From a virus (lineage: Duplodnaviria; Caudoviricetes), in IMG/VR virus record IMGVR_UViG_3300024187_000012, positions 1 to 44,667 of that record: a DNA stretch of 44,667 nucleotides. One strand, 5' to 3'. Position 1 is the stretch's first letter, and each line of letters begins with the position of its first letter. Below are positions 7,142 through 15,467 of the stretch, one piece after another. Position numbers and translations under genes: made by a program. A model generated the notes under the pieces. The model saw only the letters and a list, made by a program, of their open reading frames with translations, made no database searches and was not told where the DNA came from.

Positions 7142-9223
7142 CTATTGCGGTGCAACATGGGGCACAACCTTGAGGCCACGCATCTTGCTTTCTGTATTAT
7201 AGATTTCATTTACCAGCACCTCATCGATCAAGGCTTTTTCCATCCACTCCTTGCCGATCCTGGCCGGAATTTTGAACTTCACCTGCATGATCCTTGGCGC
7301 GTATCTCTCACCCGACTGCGGCGAGGACGACCACGGCTTGCCCATCGCCCACCCCTCGGTGATGGCGTACAGAATGCGATCACGCATGTTCTGGTCGGGC
7401 CACTTCCCGGCAGCGTCGGGGGCATCGATCGGATCAAGCACCAGTGACGTCTGTGTGCCGAAGGGACCAAGCTCCAGCTTCGTCACCTTGAAATGCTGCG
7501 TATCCCCGTCCTCGCCGGCCTTGAGCTTGGAGACGTAGAACGACCCCTCCATCTCGCCGACCTCGCGGCGCATCTCAATCACGAAGTCGCCCGCGGCAGG
7601 GATCACCGTCGACCCGCGCATGCCGCCGGCCTTGCTGACGTGGTGCAGCCCGATGACCGTCGTGCCGAACGTCTTGCGCACGGCATCGCAGCCGTTGACG
7701 AACGTCGTCATGTCCTTTTGCAGGTTCTCGTCAACGCCGGGCAGCACCCGCGACACCGTGTCGACGAACACTGCAGCGATCGGCTGCTGCGTTTCGTCGG
7801 CGATCGCCTGCACGGTCGCCAGCAGCCTTTCGATGTCGCCCTTCTGGGTGAAGTTGATGCTCTCGCGAATGAGGCGAAAGGGTATGCCGCTGATCTTCAC
7901 GCCGCGATGCTGCTCCCAGGCCAACAGCCGGAACTTGAGATCAGAAAAGCCTTCACTCGAGATGTAGACCACCGTGCCGTTCTGGCCGATCTGCCTGCCC
8001 CACCACTCCGTTTGGCCGGTCGCCAGCGAAAGGCTCAGATCCAGCGCAAAGAACGTCTTGACGCTGCTCGGCGCACCGAAAATGAACCCGAGCGCATTCT
8101 CGACAATCAGGTCCGCGACCAGCCACTTCGGGTCCGGCATGTTCAGGATATCGTCCACGGTCAGGCGCTCGTACAGTTGCGGGTCGGTCTTGTCCGCCTC
8201 GTCCGTGACAGGCCTCGGTTCCGGCGCCGGCTGCTTGGCGTCGCGCACGAACCCTTCGTCGCCCCAGCGCCGCATGGCGGCCTGGAACTTTTGCCAGAAC
8301 AACGTTGGACCACGCTTTTCCTGCTCCAGCCCGTCGCGCTTGTTGGCGTAAAACTCCTTGGTTTGGACCTTGCGCTCGTATTCCCCATAGGCCTCCTCTG
8401 CGAGTGCTGGCCACGCACTTTCAGGCCGCATCATGGGAGCCTGCCGGTACATTTCCAGCACGGCATGCCACACCACGTCGCGCATCACCTGCTCGCGGCC
8501 GTCCGTGACGTTGCCGAAAGCATCGACCGCAATCGCCGGGTCGACAGCCGGCCGGGCAGTAAATCCGCCTTCCCGTCCGAATGACTGCCCGGCCGCACCG
8601 CCATGCTCCTTGACCAGCGCCGCAATCGCGTCCAGCAGCCACGTGGGCGCTTCCGCGACGTCGACCTCGCCCGGAGCCTGCCCAGGCAGCCAGGCGTACT
8701 CCACGCCGCTCTCGTGCATACTGGGCGGCAGCATCGCGAAGCCACCATGCCCGCGAATGTCCACGCCGCGCGCCGTCTTGCAGGTCGGCACCACGACGCC
8801 GGCCGGCGCACGGAACAGCAGCTGCCGCCCGCCGCCGCCGGTGCGCTGTTCTACAGTCTCGAACGGTAGATTGTTGTTGTGCACGGCCAAGAGGCCATTC
8901 CACCACTCGTTGGCGGATGTGGTTTTCTGTGTATCGAGGTCGATGATGAACTGGTTGTCGCTGCACGGCCCAGTGATCAGCCCCATGTTGCGCCGCGTGG
9001 CGTTCTCCGCCCAGATCCGGTCGAAGTCGGCCTGCGGGATCAGCTCGCTCTGGATCTCGCGCCACCCCTTCAGGCGCGGCCGCTTCCACTGCTTGTGCTC
9101 CGCAGGGCTCCAGGCCGGCACCACCTGGAAGCGGTGCGCGCGGTACATCGCGGCCCATTGCGGCGGGTCCGCAAAGTCCGGATCAAATCCGTTTGCGCCA
9201 GTGCCAGAGCCTGATATGGTCAT
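7142..9223 (-). CDS. Bifunctional primase-polymerase (Prim-Pol) fused to an AAA_25/RepA-like helicase
   Basis: NMGLITG...IIDLD, RTGGGGRQLLF, GVDIRGHGG...LPPSMH (Prim-Pol); GAPSSVKT Walker A, VFVDT Walker B, LHHVSK...MRGS. Confidence 0.92.
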   Translation of the reverse strand: MTISGSGTGANGFDPDFADPPQWAAMYRAHRFQVVPAWSPAEHKQWKRPRLKGWREIQSELIPQADFDRIWAENATRRNMGLITGPCSDNQFIIDLDTQKTTSANEWWNGLLAVHNNNLPFETVEQRTGGGGRQLLFRAPAGVVVPTCKTARGVDIRGHGGFAMLPPSMHESGVEYAWLPGQAPGEVDVAEAPTWLLDAIAALVKEHGGAAGQSFGREGGFTARPAVDPAIAVDAFGNVTDGREQVMRDVVWHAVLEMYRQAPMMRPESAWPALAEEAYGEYERKVQTKEFYANKRDGLEQEKRGPTLFWQKFQAAMRRWGDEGFVRDAKQPAPEPRPVTDEADKTDPQLYERLTVDDILNMPDPKWLVADLIVENALGFIFGAPSSVKTFFALDLSLSLATGQTEWWGRQIGQNGTVVYISSEGFSDLKFRLLAWEQHRGVKISGIPFRLIRESINFTQKGDIERLLATVQAIADETQQPIAAVFVDTVSRVLPGVDENLQKDMTTFVNGCDAVRKTFGTTVIGLHHVSKAGGMRGSTVIPAAGDFVIEMRREVGEMEGSFYVSKLKAGEDGDTQHFKVTKLELGPFGTQTSLVLDPIDAPDAAGKWPDQNMRDRILYAITEGWAMGKPWSSSPQSGERYAPRIMQVKFKIPARIGKEWMEKALIDEVLVNEIYNTESKMRGLKVVPHVAPQ

Positions 9224-9255
9224 GAACTACACCTGTAAGGTCAAGTTGCAGGTTC

Positions 9256-9295
9256 GGGCCGGCAGGGGGAGCAGCCTCTGCCGGCCCAACTTTTT
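9256..9295 (+). terminator. Hairpin with T-tract on the plus (antisense) side
   Basis: GGGCCGGCAGGGG...CCTCTGCCGGCCC followed by AACTTTTT. Confidence 0.5.
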
Positions 9296-9298
9296 AGC

Positions 9299-10039
9299 CT
9301 AGCCGAAGTCCGACAGATCGAGCGGAGGCGCAGCAGCGATCGCCGCGCTCGCGGACGCAGGCGGCTGTGCACGCGTACCGCCCGTCGACGGCGGGCCGGC
9401 AGCAGCGGCACCATTGCCGGCAGCAGCAGGCGCCACAACGCCGGCACGCCCCTTCCACTCCAGGTCACCACGCGGCGCCCAGCCGGCGATCTTCAGGTTC
9501 GGACGGTAGTTCGAGGACACCTTGTTCCCCGAGCCAGTCTTGATCATCGTAATGCCGTCCATCACCACCACCGGCAACTTGCCGGCATTGGCGGGAGCGT
9601 CCTTCAGGTAGTCGCGGAACAAGGTCTCGATGCCGTTGAGGAACGCCTTCGACGTGCCCATCACTTCGCGCACGGGCCGATCACCACCAATGTCCTTGGC
9701 CAGCTTCAGCATGAAGCGCAAACCGTGCTTGTAGGTCGCGCCCGGTTGCGCCGGGAACTGCGCGGTCTTGCCAAGCAGGTCCCTCATCGCAACCAGCGAG
9801 GACAACGGCGCCGACCCCGACGGGAACGCAATCCAGCCGGTCTCCAGGTTCTCCAGGTCGAAGATTGCCTTGAAGTTGCGCGTGACGTCGACCGGCTCGG
9901 GCAGAAACCCTTGCCCGCTGTCGACCCGATCGATGCGAAACCACAACCCGGCGCGGGCGTCGTATTTGACTATCGGTAAAAAGTCACCACCGGCAGACGG
10001 CTCGGTGGAAAAGCCAAAGATGTTGCTCATAGTCGTCAC
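9299..10039 (-). CDS. Putative single-stranded DNA-binding protein
   Basis: Lies between the exonuclease and primase genes; beta-rich core, flexible Ala/Pro linker and acidic-aromatic tail (LDLSDFG); AAGGAG RBS. Confidence 0.6.
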   Translation of the reverse strand: MTTMSNIFGFSTEPSAGGDFLPIVKYDARAGLWFRIDRVDSGQGFLPEPVDVTRNFKAIFDLENLETGWIAFPSGSAPLSSLVAMRDLLGKTAQFPAQPGATYKHGLRFMLKLAKDIGGDRPVREVMGTSKAFLNGIETLFRDYLKDAPANAGKLPVVVMDGITMIKTGSGNKVSSNYRPNLKIAGWAPRGDLEWKGRAGVVAPAAAGNGAAAAGPPSTGGTRAQPPASASAAIAAAPPLDLSDFG

Positions 10040-10117
10040 TCCTTGCCGCTGTCAGGCCGGCGGCGTTGCCAATCCCGGTTGCTGCCGGGAATTACAGTAT
10101 CTGGTATGCCTCCGCTG

Positions 10118-10870
10118 CTAGATGCCCCAAAGCTTGTATGCAGTGGCGCGTGCTTCCGGGTTGCCCCAGTAAAAACTATCCAGCGCAGGCGCAAAAAGCG
10201 TCAGATAATAAGCCGGATTGTCACTGAGCGAAAGCAGGTTTTCCACGTTCACCGCGATCTTGCGCAACGCCTCGCGATGCGCCAGCACGTTCTCCAGCCG
10301 GTAGGTCTCCAATTTGCGCGGCGTGACGTAGATCAGCCTTGCGTCAAGATTGTCCGATGCCGCATAGAGTGCAACCTGCCGGGCGTGCCCGATCTTTATT
10401 TCGGACGGCATCCGCTCGGTCGTCTTCAGGTCCGCCAGCATGCCGTGCTGGCTCCATTGATAGTCATAGTACCCGACGATCGGCAGCTTGAGCCCTTCTG
10501 GCTTCCACTCCACCAGCCCTTGCATGCCGTCCGGCTTGCCGTACCCGCGCAGCTCCTTCAGCGCCGTCTTCACCATGTCGGCAATGGTCTCGCGATACTT
10601 CTCGCGCCGAGGGTCGCCAGACAAGGCAGACAGGGTGTCGTACTTCATGTGCGCGACGTCGACGCAGTCCTTCAGTGACGCATCGAGGTCGTTCAAGCCG
10701 TGCGACACGCCGTCCTCGACCGCCACGCCGCGGTGCGCGGGACTGCCGACCGATTGCTTTTCGCCGATGACATATTCTGCGATGAACATCGACGGACATT
10801 CGGCGTACAGGTTCAACTTGCTGGCGCTGTGGCGCAAGTAGGTGGGGATCATTGAATTATGTGTTTCCAT
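10118..10870 (-). CDS. PD-(D/E)XK exonuclease (RecB/Cas4-like)
   Basis: HSASKLNLY..CP, AHRG, GYYD...ADLKTT, HARQVALY motifs. Confidence 0.85.
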   Translation of the reverse strand: METHNSMIPTYLRHSASKLNLYAECPSMFIAEYVIGEKQSVGSPAHRGVAVEDGVSHGLNDLDASLKDCVDVAHMKYDTLSALSGDPRREKYRETIADMVKTALKELRGYGKPDGMQGLVEWKPEGLKLPIVGYYDYQWSQHGMLADLKTTERMPSEIKIGHARQVALYAASDNLDARLIYVTPRKLETYRLENVLAHREALRKIAVNVENLLSLSDNPAYYLTLFAPALDSFYWGNPEARATAYKLWGI

Positions 10871-11073
10871 GTTGAAGAGCCATCCGCCTCATCCAGCATG
10901 GCCATAATCCGGTTGCGGAATATGGTGCGTTCTTTCTGTTCCAGCTCGTTTAGACAAAATGCGAGAACCGCAGCACAAGCAAACATCGTGTCGCCGATTT
11001 CCATGTCGGAAACCGCATCGAACACGGTGTCGGTGGCTTTCTTCATGATTTTGATTTTTTCCAACGTGGTCAT
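10849..11073 (-). CDS. Hypothetical protein (74 aa)
   Basis: GGAG RBS; ATGA-coupled to the VRR-NUC stop. Confidence 0.65.
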   Translation of the reverse strand: MTTLEKIKIMKKATDTVFDAVSDMEIGDTMFACAAVLAFCLNELEQKERTIFRNRIMAMLDEADGSSTWKHIIQ

Positions 11074-11438
11074 TTCAGCACTCCTGCTGCTCGCAGACCG
11101 TTCATTGCCTCATCGAGCGAATGCGCCAGGAGGTACGGATGCCCCAGCGCCTCGCACACCTTTTGAAATTCGACTTGCTCGGCAGTCTGCCGGCCCTTGG
11201 CGGTCTTCAGTTCCAGCCAGACCACGCGCCCGTCGCCGAGCATGATGCAAATGTCCGCCACGCCTGCGCGCATTCCTTCCTTTTTCATCCGCGCCGCCAG
11301 CCCCATCGACCTGCGCGCCGCGTTCGGTACGGCAAACCAGTACGCCTCCTTCACGGCGTGTAACCCCAGATGCTGCAGCACCATGACCTGCAGACGATGC
11401 TCACTGAGTAGGCCCTTGCGGTAGTCGGAGAGTTTCAT
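11070..11438 (-). CDS. VRR-NUC domain nuclease (Holliday junction resolvase-like)
   Basis: SEHRLQ, WFAVPN, GMRAGVADI, WLELKTAKGRQTAEQ motifs; likely start ATG at 11438. Confidence 0.9.
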   Translation of the reverse strand: MKLSDYRKGLLSEHRLQVMVLQHLGLHAVKEAYWFAVPNAARRSMGLAARMKKEGMRAGVADICIMLGDGRVVWLELKTAKGRQTAEQVEFQKVCEALGHPYLLAHSLDEAMNGLRAAGVLK

Positions 11439-11445
11439 AAACAAA

Positions 11446-11487
11446 AGCCTATTGACAATTCGCGCCCCTGTCAATTAGGCTGCCCTT
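11446..11487. promoter_or_regulatory. Symmetric overlapping divergent promoters plus operator
   Basis: AGCCTA-TTGACA-N11-TGTCAA-T-TAGGCT gives TTGACA-17-TAGGCT on minus and TTGACA-18-TAGGCT on plus. TTAGGCTGCCCTT at 11475-11487. Located at the strand switch. Confidence 0.8.
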
Positions 11488-11507
11488 ATCACTCAGCGGA
11501 GCGATCG

Positions 11508-11714
11508 ATGCCGGTCAATGACGAGAAACTGTTGCGGGTGGCTGCAAAGGAACTTGAGCGCTTGCGCCAGGAAAACGCGCGGCTGCGGCAGGAAATTGTG
11601 CGTTTGCACATTCGCCGTAGTGAACGCCCCGGGCAAGACTACGCAACCTACCCGGGGCGTCAACTCGAAACCACAACAAAGCAGCAGGAAGGTACCGCAG
11701 GAAAGAATGAGTGA
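11508..11714 (+). CDS. Small coiled-coil protein (68 aa)
   Basis: GGAG RBS; ELERLRQENARLRQEIVRL heptads. Confidence 0.7.
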   Translation: MPVNDEKLLRVAAKELERLRQENARLRQEIVRLHIRRSERPGQDYATYPGRQLETTTKQQEGTAGKNE

Positions 11715-11973
11715 CAACATGGAATTGAGCGAACGCGAGCAAATTGCTTTCGGGATGCTGTCGAAACGCGGGATCGTGTCCGCTGACGAGATCCTGAAAG
11801 AGCTGAAGCGCAACAAGGTCAAGATCAATGGCGCACGAGCCACCCACAGCCTCAGCGTCCTGATGAAATACCTGACCGCCAAGGCGTGTCAGGAAGGTTG
11901 GATCATCACCATGGTCGAAGGCGGCCGAGGCGTCGGCAACAAAGCATCCTACAGCATGGAGAAGAAGTTCTGA
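11707..11973 (+). CDS. Putative winged-helix DNA-binding protein (88 aa)
   Basis: LSEREQIAFGML...VSADEILKEL...SLSVLMKYL...WIITMVEGGRGVG..Y follows an OmpR-like three-helix plus wing pattern. Confidence 0.6.
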   Translation: MSDNMELSEREQIAFGMLSKRGIVSADEILKELKRNKVKINGARATHSLSVLMKYLTAKACQEGWIITMVEGGRGVGNKASYSMEKKF

Positions 11974-12371
11974 TGACCAGGGAAGAAGCCGAAACCGCGA
12001 TGAACAAGATGCTCGACGAAGCCGCCGCAAAGGGCGTCGATCGCAACGTTGAAACACTGCGGTACACCAACAAGGCGCTGCGCCGGGGCCTGTTGCCCTC
12101 TGAGCCGCAATTCCCCGGCACAAGGCCCGACGGCGATATGGCCATAGGTGAATACATGGTTGGTACTGCTTCCGGAAATCAAAACCCGGTCCAGCTGGTG
12201 AGCAATGCACTCACTGACGCGCGCCGCATCGTCGACAACTTCGAAAAGAGCACGATCGAACTGGAAAGCAAGATTGCTGAGCTGGAGGCCCGGCTTAGCG
12301 GGGAACGCGATCGATGCACCAGACTGGAAAAAATGCTGCAGGAAATCGTCGATCTGGTGTCGCCGCGATGA
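11973..12371 (+). CDS. Hypothetical protein with C-terminal coiled coil (132 aa)
   Basis: TGATG coupling to the previous gene; LESKIAELEARL heptads. Confidence 0.7.
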   Translation: MTREEAETAMNKMLDEAAAKGVDRNVETLRYTNKALRRGLLPSEPQFPGTRPDGDMAIGEYMVGTASGNQNPVQLVSNALTDARRIVDNFEKSTIELESKIAELEARLSGERDRCTRLEKMLQEIVDLVSPR

Positions 12372-12781
12372 AAGCCACCGTCATCCTGGCCATGATACCT
12401 CTTGGCCTTGCCACTGCCTTCCTGCCGCGCGGGCCAGACCCCCAGCCGGCCAAGGCGGAGACCTTCAAGCAGCGGTTCGAGGCAGTCTATCCGAAGCACA
12501 CCTTCGAGGAGCGCTGGTGGCCCGGGGAAGGCCTCCCAGACGCACAGGGAAGCCCGCCTGTCGATTTATTGGCGCCCAAGGTCGTCCGCACCATCCGGAT
12601 CACCAAAGACGCTGTAGCGCCTCCCCAGGAGGTCGAGCCGGTTGCTGAGGCGCCGTTGCCGGTTCCGCGTCCGCATACCACCATCAAGCCCAAGGTCCGC
12701 CCGATCCGGGTCGCCGACATTTGCGCCCGACACGGCATGCACCGGGTCGACTACGGGCGAACCTGGAGGTGCCGCAAATGA
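12368..12781 (+). CDS. Secreted or membrane-anchored Pro-rich protein with C-terminal Cys pair
   Basis: MKATVILAMIPLGLATAFL signal-like N-terminus; DICARHG...WRCRK C-terminus. Confidence 0.7.
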   Translation: MKATVILAMIPLGLATAFLPRGPDPQPAKAETFKQRFEAVYPKHTFEERWWPGEGLPDAQGSPPVDLLAPKVVRTIRITKDAVAPPQEVEPVAEAPLPVPRPHTTIKPKVRPIRVADICARHGMHRVDYGRTWRCRK

Positions 12782-14307
12782 CATTCGTCGAGTGGCTGAT
12801 GACGAAATTGCGAGCCTTTGTCCCCCGGCGCGCGAAACCGCAACCCGCCATTCTGCCGCCACCCCTGCCGCCGGTCGTGGCCCGGCCTGCTTCGCTGCCG
12901 CCCCCGGAACTGCACGAGCCGGTCCCGCCGCCCCTTCACCGGACTTCCCCTGGCCCCTCAGCCAACCGGGCCGAGCGCCGCAGGCTCGAACGACTGCGCC
13001 GCCGACACGATAAGTTCGTCACCCCGAAGGGGCCAAAGCCGGCAAAGATCGAGCGCGAAGCGGTAGAGCCAAAGCCGAAGCCGAAGCCGGATCCCGTCCC
13101 GCCTCCCGAAGTTCCCGAAGGGCCCAGGGAGGCCTCTGGCAACTTCTACATGGCGGACAAGCACCACGAAGATCGCGAAGGGAAGAACGTCCTCTACGTG
13201 GAAACCGAAATCCACGGCATCTTCAGCTTCCGCGACACCATCCTGCAGCAGTTGGAGCTCTACTTCGTTTACCTGGAGCGTATGAGACGGCGCGACAGCG
13301 ATGCCTACGCGCTCTACCGGCAGGTCGGCGCGATCGTCGTCCCCTACCTCGCCAACAACGCGCACTATCGCAACCTGCCGGAAAGGGATGAAGGGCCTCT
13401 CGGCCCACAGAAACCCCTAACGGCATGGTTCAAGCAAACGAGGCCGGGCTTTGGTTGCTTTGTCTATGGCGTGGATCCGGAAACGGAAAAGTTCGAAGCA
13501 AAGCCCGCCCCCCAAAAAGACGGCGAGAAGACCACGTGGTGGGTTCCCAAGTTCATGTACTTCACCAAATATTCCAAGCCGCCGCCGGAATTCGAGCGAA
13601 TGTCCGGAGGCGACATCTACTCCATGACGATCTGGTGGGACCAGCCGTTCAATCCGAAGTTCGCCAGACGCCACAAGAACGGCGTGCCGCAGCAGTTCGG
13701 GATTTTCGTCAGCGCCGACGGCAGCAAGGTCACGGCACTGCGCGTGATCGAAACCAAATATATCAAGGTTCATTCCCGCAAGGGTCACGAATTCTTCCGG
13801 GTGCCGCAGCGGCTGTGGCACATCCCGAACACCTACCAGGAATGGGCGCGCGACCACAAAGTAGACGTGCAGCGCTTTCTCACCGACATCTTCATCGACG
13901 CAACCTTCCGTCTGGAGCTGGCGCAAGGATCGATGATCCGCGTGGCGGCGAGCAAAAAAGACATGACGGCGGTGTTCGGTGTCGAAGTTGACCGCATGCC
14001 CTACTTCTTCCAGGACCGCGACATCCACCTCAACGAGGACGGCCACCGCAAGCGCATCTTCCATATGGTCCGGCCGCACCAGCGAGCGAACGGCACGACC
14101 GTAGGGTTTCACTTTCGCGGAGAGCGCAACTTCACCTGGGCCGGCTATGACGTGGCGATCACGGTGCCGGGGCGTGACCACTACATGCTCGACGAATTCA
14201 ACGTCGGTGCGCACGACGAATATTGGGATAACAAGGGCATTCGCATGAAAGAGCTGGGCGCCATGCTGTCCAAAGACATCAAAACTGGCCGTGGAGGAAT
14301 GAGATGA
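12778..14307 (+). CDS. Hypothetical protein (509 aa): Pro-rich N-terminus, globular core with His/Arg motif
   Basis: GGAGG RBS, ATGA coupling; RKRIFHMVRPHQR...VGFHFRG near the C-terminus. Confidence 0.8.
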   Translation: MTFVEWLMTKLRAFVPRRAKPQPAILPPPLPPVVARPASLPPPELHEPVPPPLHRTSPGPSANRAERRRLERLRRRHDKFVTPKGPKPAKIEREAVEPKPKPKPDPVPPPEVPEGPREASGNFYMADKHHEDREGKNVLYVETEIHGIFSFRDTILQQLELYFVYLERMRRRDSDAYALYRQVGAIVVPYLANNAHYRNLPERDEGPLGPQKPLTAWFKQTRPGFGCFVYGVDPETEKFEAKPAPQKDGEKTTWWVPKFMYFTKYSKPPPEFERMSGGDIYSMTIWWDQPFNPKFARRHKNGVPQQFGIFVSADGSKVTALRVIETKYIKVHSRKGHEFFRVPQRLWHIPNTYQEWARDHKVDVQRFLTDIFIDATFRLELAQGSMIRVAASKKDMTAVFGVEVDRMPYFFQDRDIHLNEDGHRKRIFHMVRPHQRANGTTVGFHFRGERNFTWAGYDVAITVPGRDHYMLDEFNVGAHDEYWDNKGIRMKELGAMLSKDIKTGRGGMR

Positions 14308-14540
14308 CTGATCTAGTAGAGCGGCTGCGCGCCGCCGACATCAGCGGGCACGGAAGCTATTCCGCTCTGGTGCGCGAGGCCGCCGACGAGATCGAGCGGC
14401 TGAACGGCTTGGCCGCCCGGCAGGATGGATTGATCGAGCGGCTGAAGGCTGAGATTGCCGAATGGAAGAAGGTAGCAGACGCAAGCACACCGGAAGCCTT
14501 CAGGCTGCAAATGAAGGCCGATGGTGAGCGCGATGACTGA
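14304..14540 (+). CDS. MTDLVERLR...EAADEIERL module protein 1
   Basis: GGAGG RBS; shared motif with downstream genes. Confidence 0.75.
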   Translation: MTDLVERLRAADISGHGSYSALVREAADEIERLNGLAARQDGLIERLKAEIAEWKKVADASTPEAFRLQMKADGERDD

Positions 14541-14793
14541 CCTCGTAAAGCGGCTGCGCGGAAGGCCCGCGCCCGGTGATCATTGCAGTAAGCTGATTGC
14601 AGAGGCCGCCGACGAAATCGAGCGGCTGCGGGCCGTCGACGCAAGCGAACTCGGGCGACTTCGCGCCGACAACCTTCGACTTGTCGCGATCATTGCGCGC
14701 ACCGAAACGCGCTACCAAGAAGCCTGCCAAGAGCGCGAGCGCATCCGTGCGGAACTACAATCCGTCATAAAAGAGCAGTCAGATGGCCGATGA
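14533..14793 (+). CDS. MTDLVKRLR...EAADEIERL module protein 2
   Basis: ATGACTGA coupling; shared motif. Confidence 0.75.
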   Translation: MTDLVKRLRGRPAPGDHCSKLIAEAADEIERLRAVDASELGRLRADNLRLVAIIARTETRYQEACQERERIRAELQSVIKEQSDGR

Positions 14794-15091
14794 CCTGTCG
14801 TGGATTGACCACCCGGCGAATCTTCGCGCTAACGCCGTTCTGCTGCGCGCTGTCGCAGATCAGTCATTGTTGCACGCCGACGAGATTGAGAGGCTGCGCA
14901 GTATGCTAGACAACGTCATGAGCGTCAGGCGGCATCGCGGAGGCACCATGACCGACATCGTAGAGCGGCTGCGCAAAAACGTCGGCATTGAGTTATCGCA
15001 CGAGGCCGCCGACGAGATCGAGCGGCTGCGGGCAGAGGTCGTGCGCTATCGCGGTATCCTGACATCGCTCAAGGTGGAATGGCATGACTGA
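14783..15091 (+). CDS. In-frame fusion of two ADEIERL modules (internal RBS and start at 14948)
   Basis: HADEIERLR in the first half; GGAGG-CACC-ATG at 14948 begins MTDIVERLR...EAADEIERLR. Confidence 0.7.
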   Translation: MADDLSWIDHPANLRANAVLLRAVADQSLLHADEIERLRSMLDNVMSVRRHRGGTMTDIVERLRKNVGIELSHEAADEIERLRAEVVRYRGILTSLKVEWHD

Positions 15092-15467
15092 CTTGACCGA
15101 CCGCATGCGGACCTGCGCGGCTGCCATCGCGGTAGAGCAAGCGTCGACACGACACGACGAAGTCCCGCTGCTGTATACCGACGCCGCCGCGTTGCTGCTC
15201 GCCGCCGCAACGGAAATCGAACTGTTGACCGGCCCGATCGATCTGGGCGAGCCGATGGAGGTCATCGAGCCGCCGCCGCCCAACTTCACCATCGACCACA
15301 CACCGTCGGCAATGTGGATCGGAGACGACCTCAAGCCGATCCCAAACGCACCGCCAAGCAAGAACGCCTGCCCAAAGTGCGACAGCCGTGCACAGAAGAC
15401 CGTGCGCAAGAAGGGAAAATCCCTCTGGCTGGTGTGCCCGGTGTGCGACCACGCCTGGACGCGCTGA
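15084..15467 (+). CDS. Divergent MTDL module fused to a C-terminal zinc ribbon
   Basis: MTDLTDRMR...AAATEIELL; CPKC...CPVC. Confidence 0.75.
   Translation: MTDLTDRMRTCAAAIAVEQASTRHDEVPLLYTDAAALLLAAATEIELLTGPIDLGEPMEVIEPPPPNFTIDHTPSAMWIGDDLKPIPNAPPSKNACPKCDSRAQKTVRKKGKSLWLVCPVCDHAWTR

Noticed and set aside
6997-7209. 70-aa ORF with repeated SRRFTEV / KSLKS
   Set aside because: The peptide repeats are translations of the DNA iterons, and the ORF overlaps the primase end.
10118-10870. cas4 as part of a CRISPR system
   Set aside because: It lacks the four-Cys cluster and any cas context; it fits an ordinary phage PD-(D/E)XK exonuclease next to SSB and primase.
14376-15033. Mini-CRISPR from the 27-bp repeats
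   Set aside because: The repeats are in-frame coding sequence (EAADEIERL) spaced 226 and 400 bp apart.
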